A program made the translations under genes and the position numbers. DNA of 64,000 nucleotides from Candidatus Deferrimicrobiaceae bacterium (lineage in GTDB: Bacteria; Desulfobacterota; Deferrimicrobia; Deferrimicrobiales; Deferrimicrobiaceae), in NCBI GenBank assembly GCA_963792415.1, contig CAWBVY010000006.1:672001-736000 (forward strand). The letters run 5' to 3'. The notes beneath the pieces are model-generated. The model worked only from the letters and a program-made list of their open reading frames with translations. It was not told the DNA's origin and did not search any database. Of the stretch, positions 63,419 through 64,000 are shown in pieces; position 1 is the first letter of the stretch; every line of letters starts with the position of its first letter.

Positions 63419-64000
63419 ATGGCGGTTCGCCTTCTTTTTCTCCTCTTTGTCGTCATCCTCGTCGCGTTCTCCTACATTTCCCTGCTGAACGGCCAGCATG
63501 TGCCGTTCTACTACTCCGCCACACGGCAGTTGGACGTCTCCGTCAGCGAGCTGGCGATCCTCGCCTTCTCCCTCGGGGCGGCGATGGTCATCCTGGGGAC
63601 GCTGGTCAAGGACGTGACCGCGGCGTCACAAAACTGGCGGGAGCGCCGGGAGAAGCAGCGCCGGGATTCCGCGCGGGCACGTGCGGCAAGGGCGGGAGAG
63701 ATGGTCCAGCGGGGAATGCTGACCGAGGCGGTCAAGGAGTTGACGCGCAGCCTTGCCGTCAATCCGGACGACCGGGAGGCGCTGGATCTCCTCGCTACCG
63801 CGCAGGCGGAGCTCGGAAATTCCCTCGAGGCGGTGAAAGCCATCACCCGGATGAAGCAGATCGATCCGTCGGACCTCTCGGTGTACTTCCGGCTGGCGCG
63901 CCTCTACCGGGAGATGAACGACCCGGAAGCCGCGCTGGCGACACTCAAAGCCGTCGAGGCGACGGAAGAGGAGAATCCCCGCGCCTGGGAGGCGATCCGG
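63419..64000 (+). CDS. LapA(DUF1049)-like membrane domain fused to TPR repeats (3' end runs off window)
   Basis: Manual translation: two TMs around LLNGQHVPFYY, then TPR-like repeats (L.VNPDDREAL..LA, IDPSDLSVYFRLARLY); GGAGG RBS. Confidence 0.78.
   Translation, partial: MAVRLLFLLFVVILVAFSYISLLNGQHVPFYYSATRQLDVSVSELAILAFSLGAAMVILGTLVKDVTAASQNWRERREKQRRDSARARAARAGEMVQRGMLTEAVKELTRSLAVNPDDREALDLLATAQAELGNSLEAVKAITRMKQIDPSDLSVYFRLARLYREMNDPEAALATLKAVEATEEENPRAWEAIR

Overview
A 64-kb, GC-rich, densely coding stretch of core bacterial chromosome. Gene content and order (dnaK; recA-pilT-recX-alaS; rnj-ftsK-lolA-rimO-dksA; rplU-rpmA-obgE-proB-proA-nadD-rsfS; archaeal-type aroA'/aroB'; a sigma54 regulator) suggest a deltaproteobacterial / Desulfobacterota-related organism; this is inference, no search was run. 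About 55 CDS are supported. I saw no rRNA, tRNA, CRISPR array, integrase or transposase. Most notable: (1) a BamD-like lipoprotein fused in one frame to a C-terminal outer-membrane beta-barrel, followed by a 16-codon ORF with a strong RBS; (2) a ~61-bp repeat in tandem pairs at three loci, two pairs forming inverted repeats around a two-gene cassette; (3) a retraction-type PilT ATPase with an N-terminal MshEN/T2SSE_N region; (4) a dnaK-hsp20 unit with sigma54 promoter, IHF-like site and paired palindromes, next to an NtrC-family regulator and a sensor-less histidine kinase; (5) an HD-GYP enzyme with the RxxQ signature linked to cGAMP selectivity, sharing a YPxxHP N-terminal region with the upstream HEAT protein; (6) rsfS with no canonical start codon, in frame behind the nadD amber stop and preceded by a promoter inside nadD; (7) a TIGR02757-like gene with a frameshift and no usable start codon.
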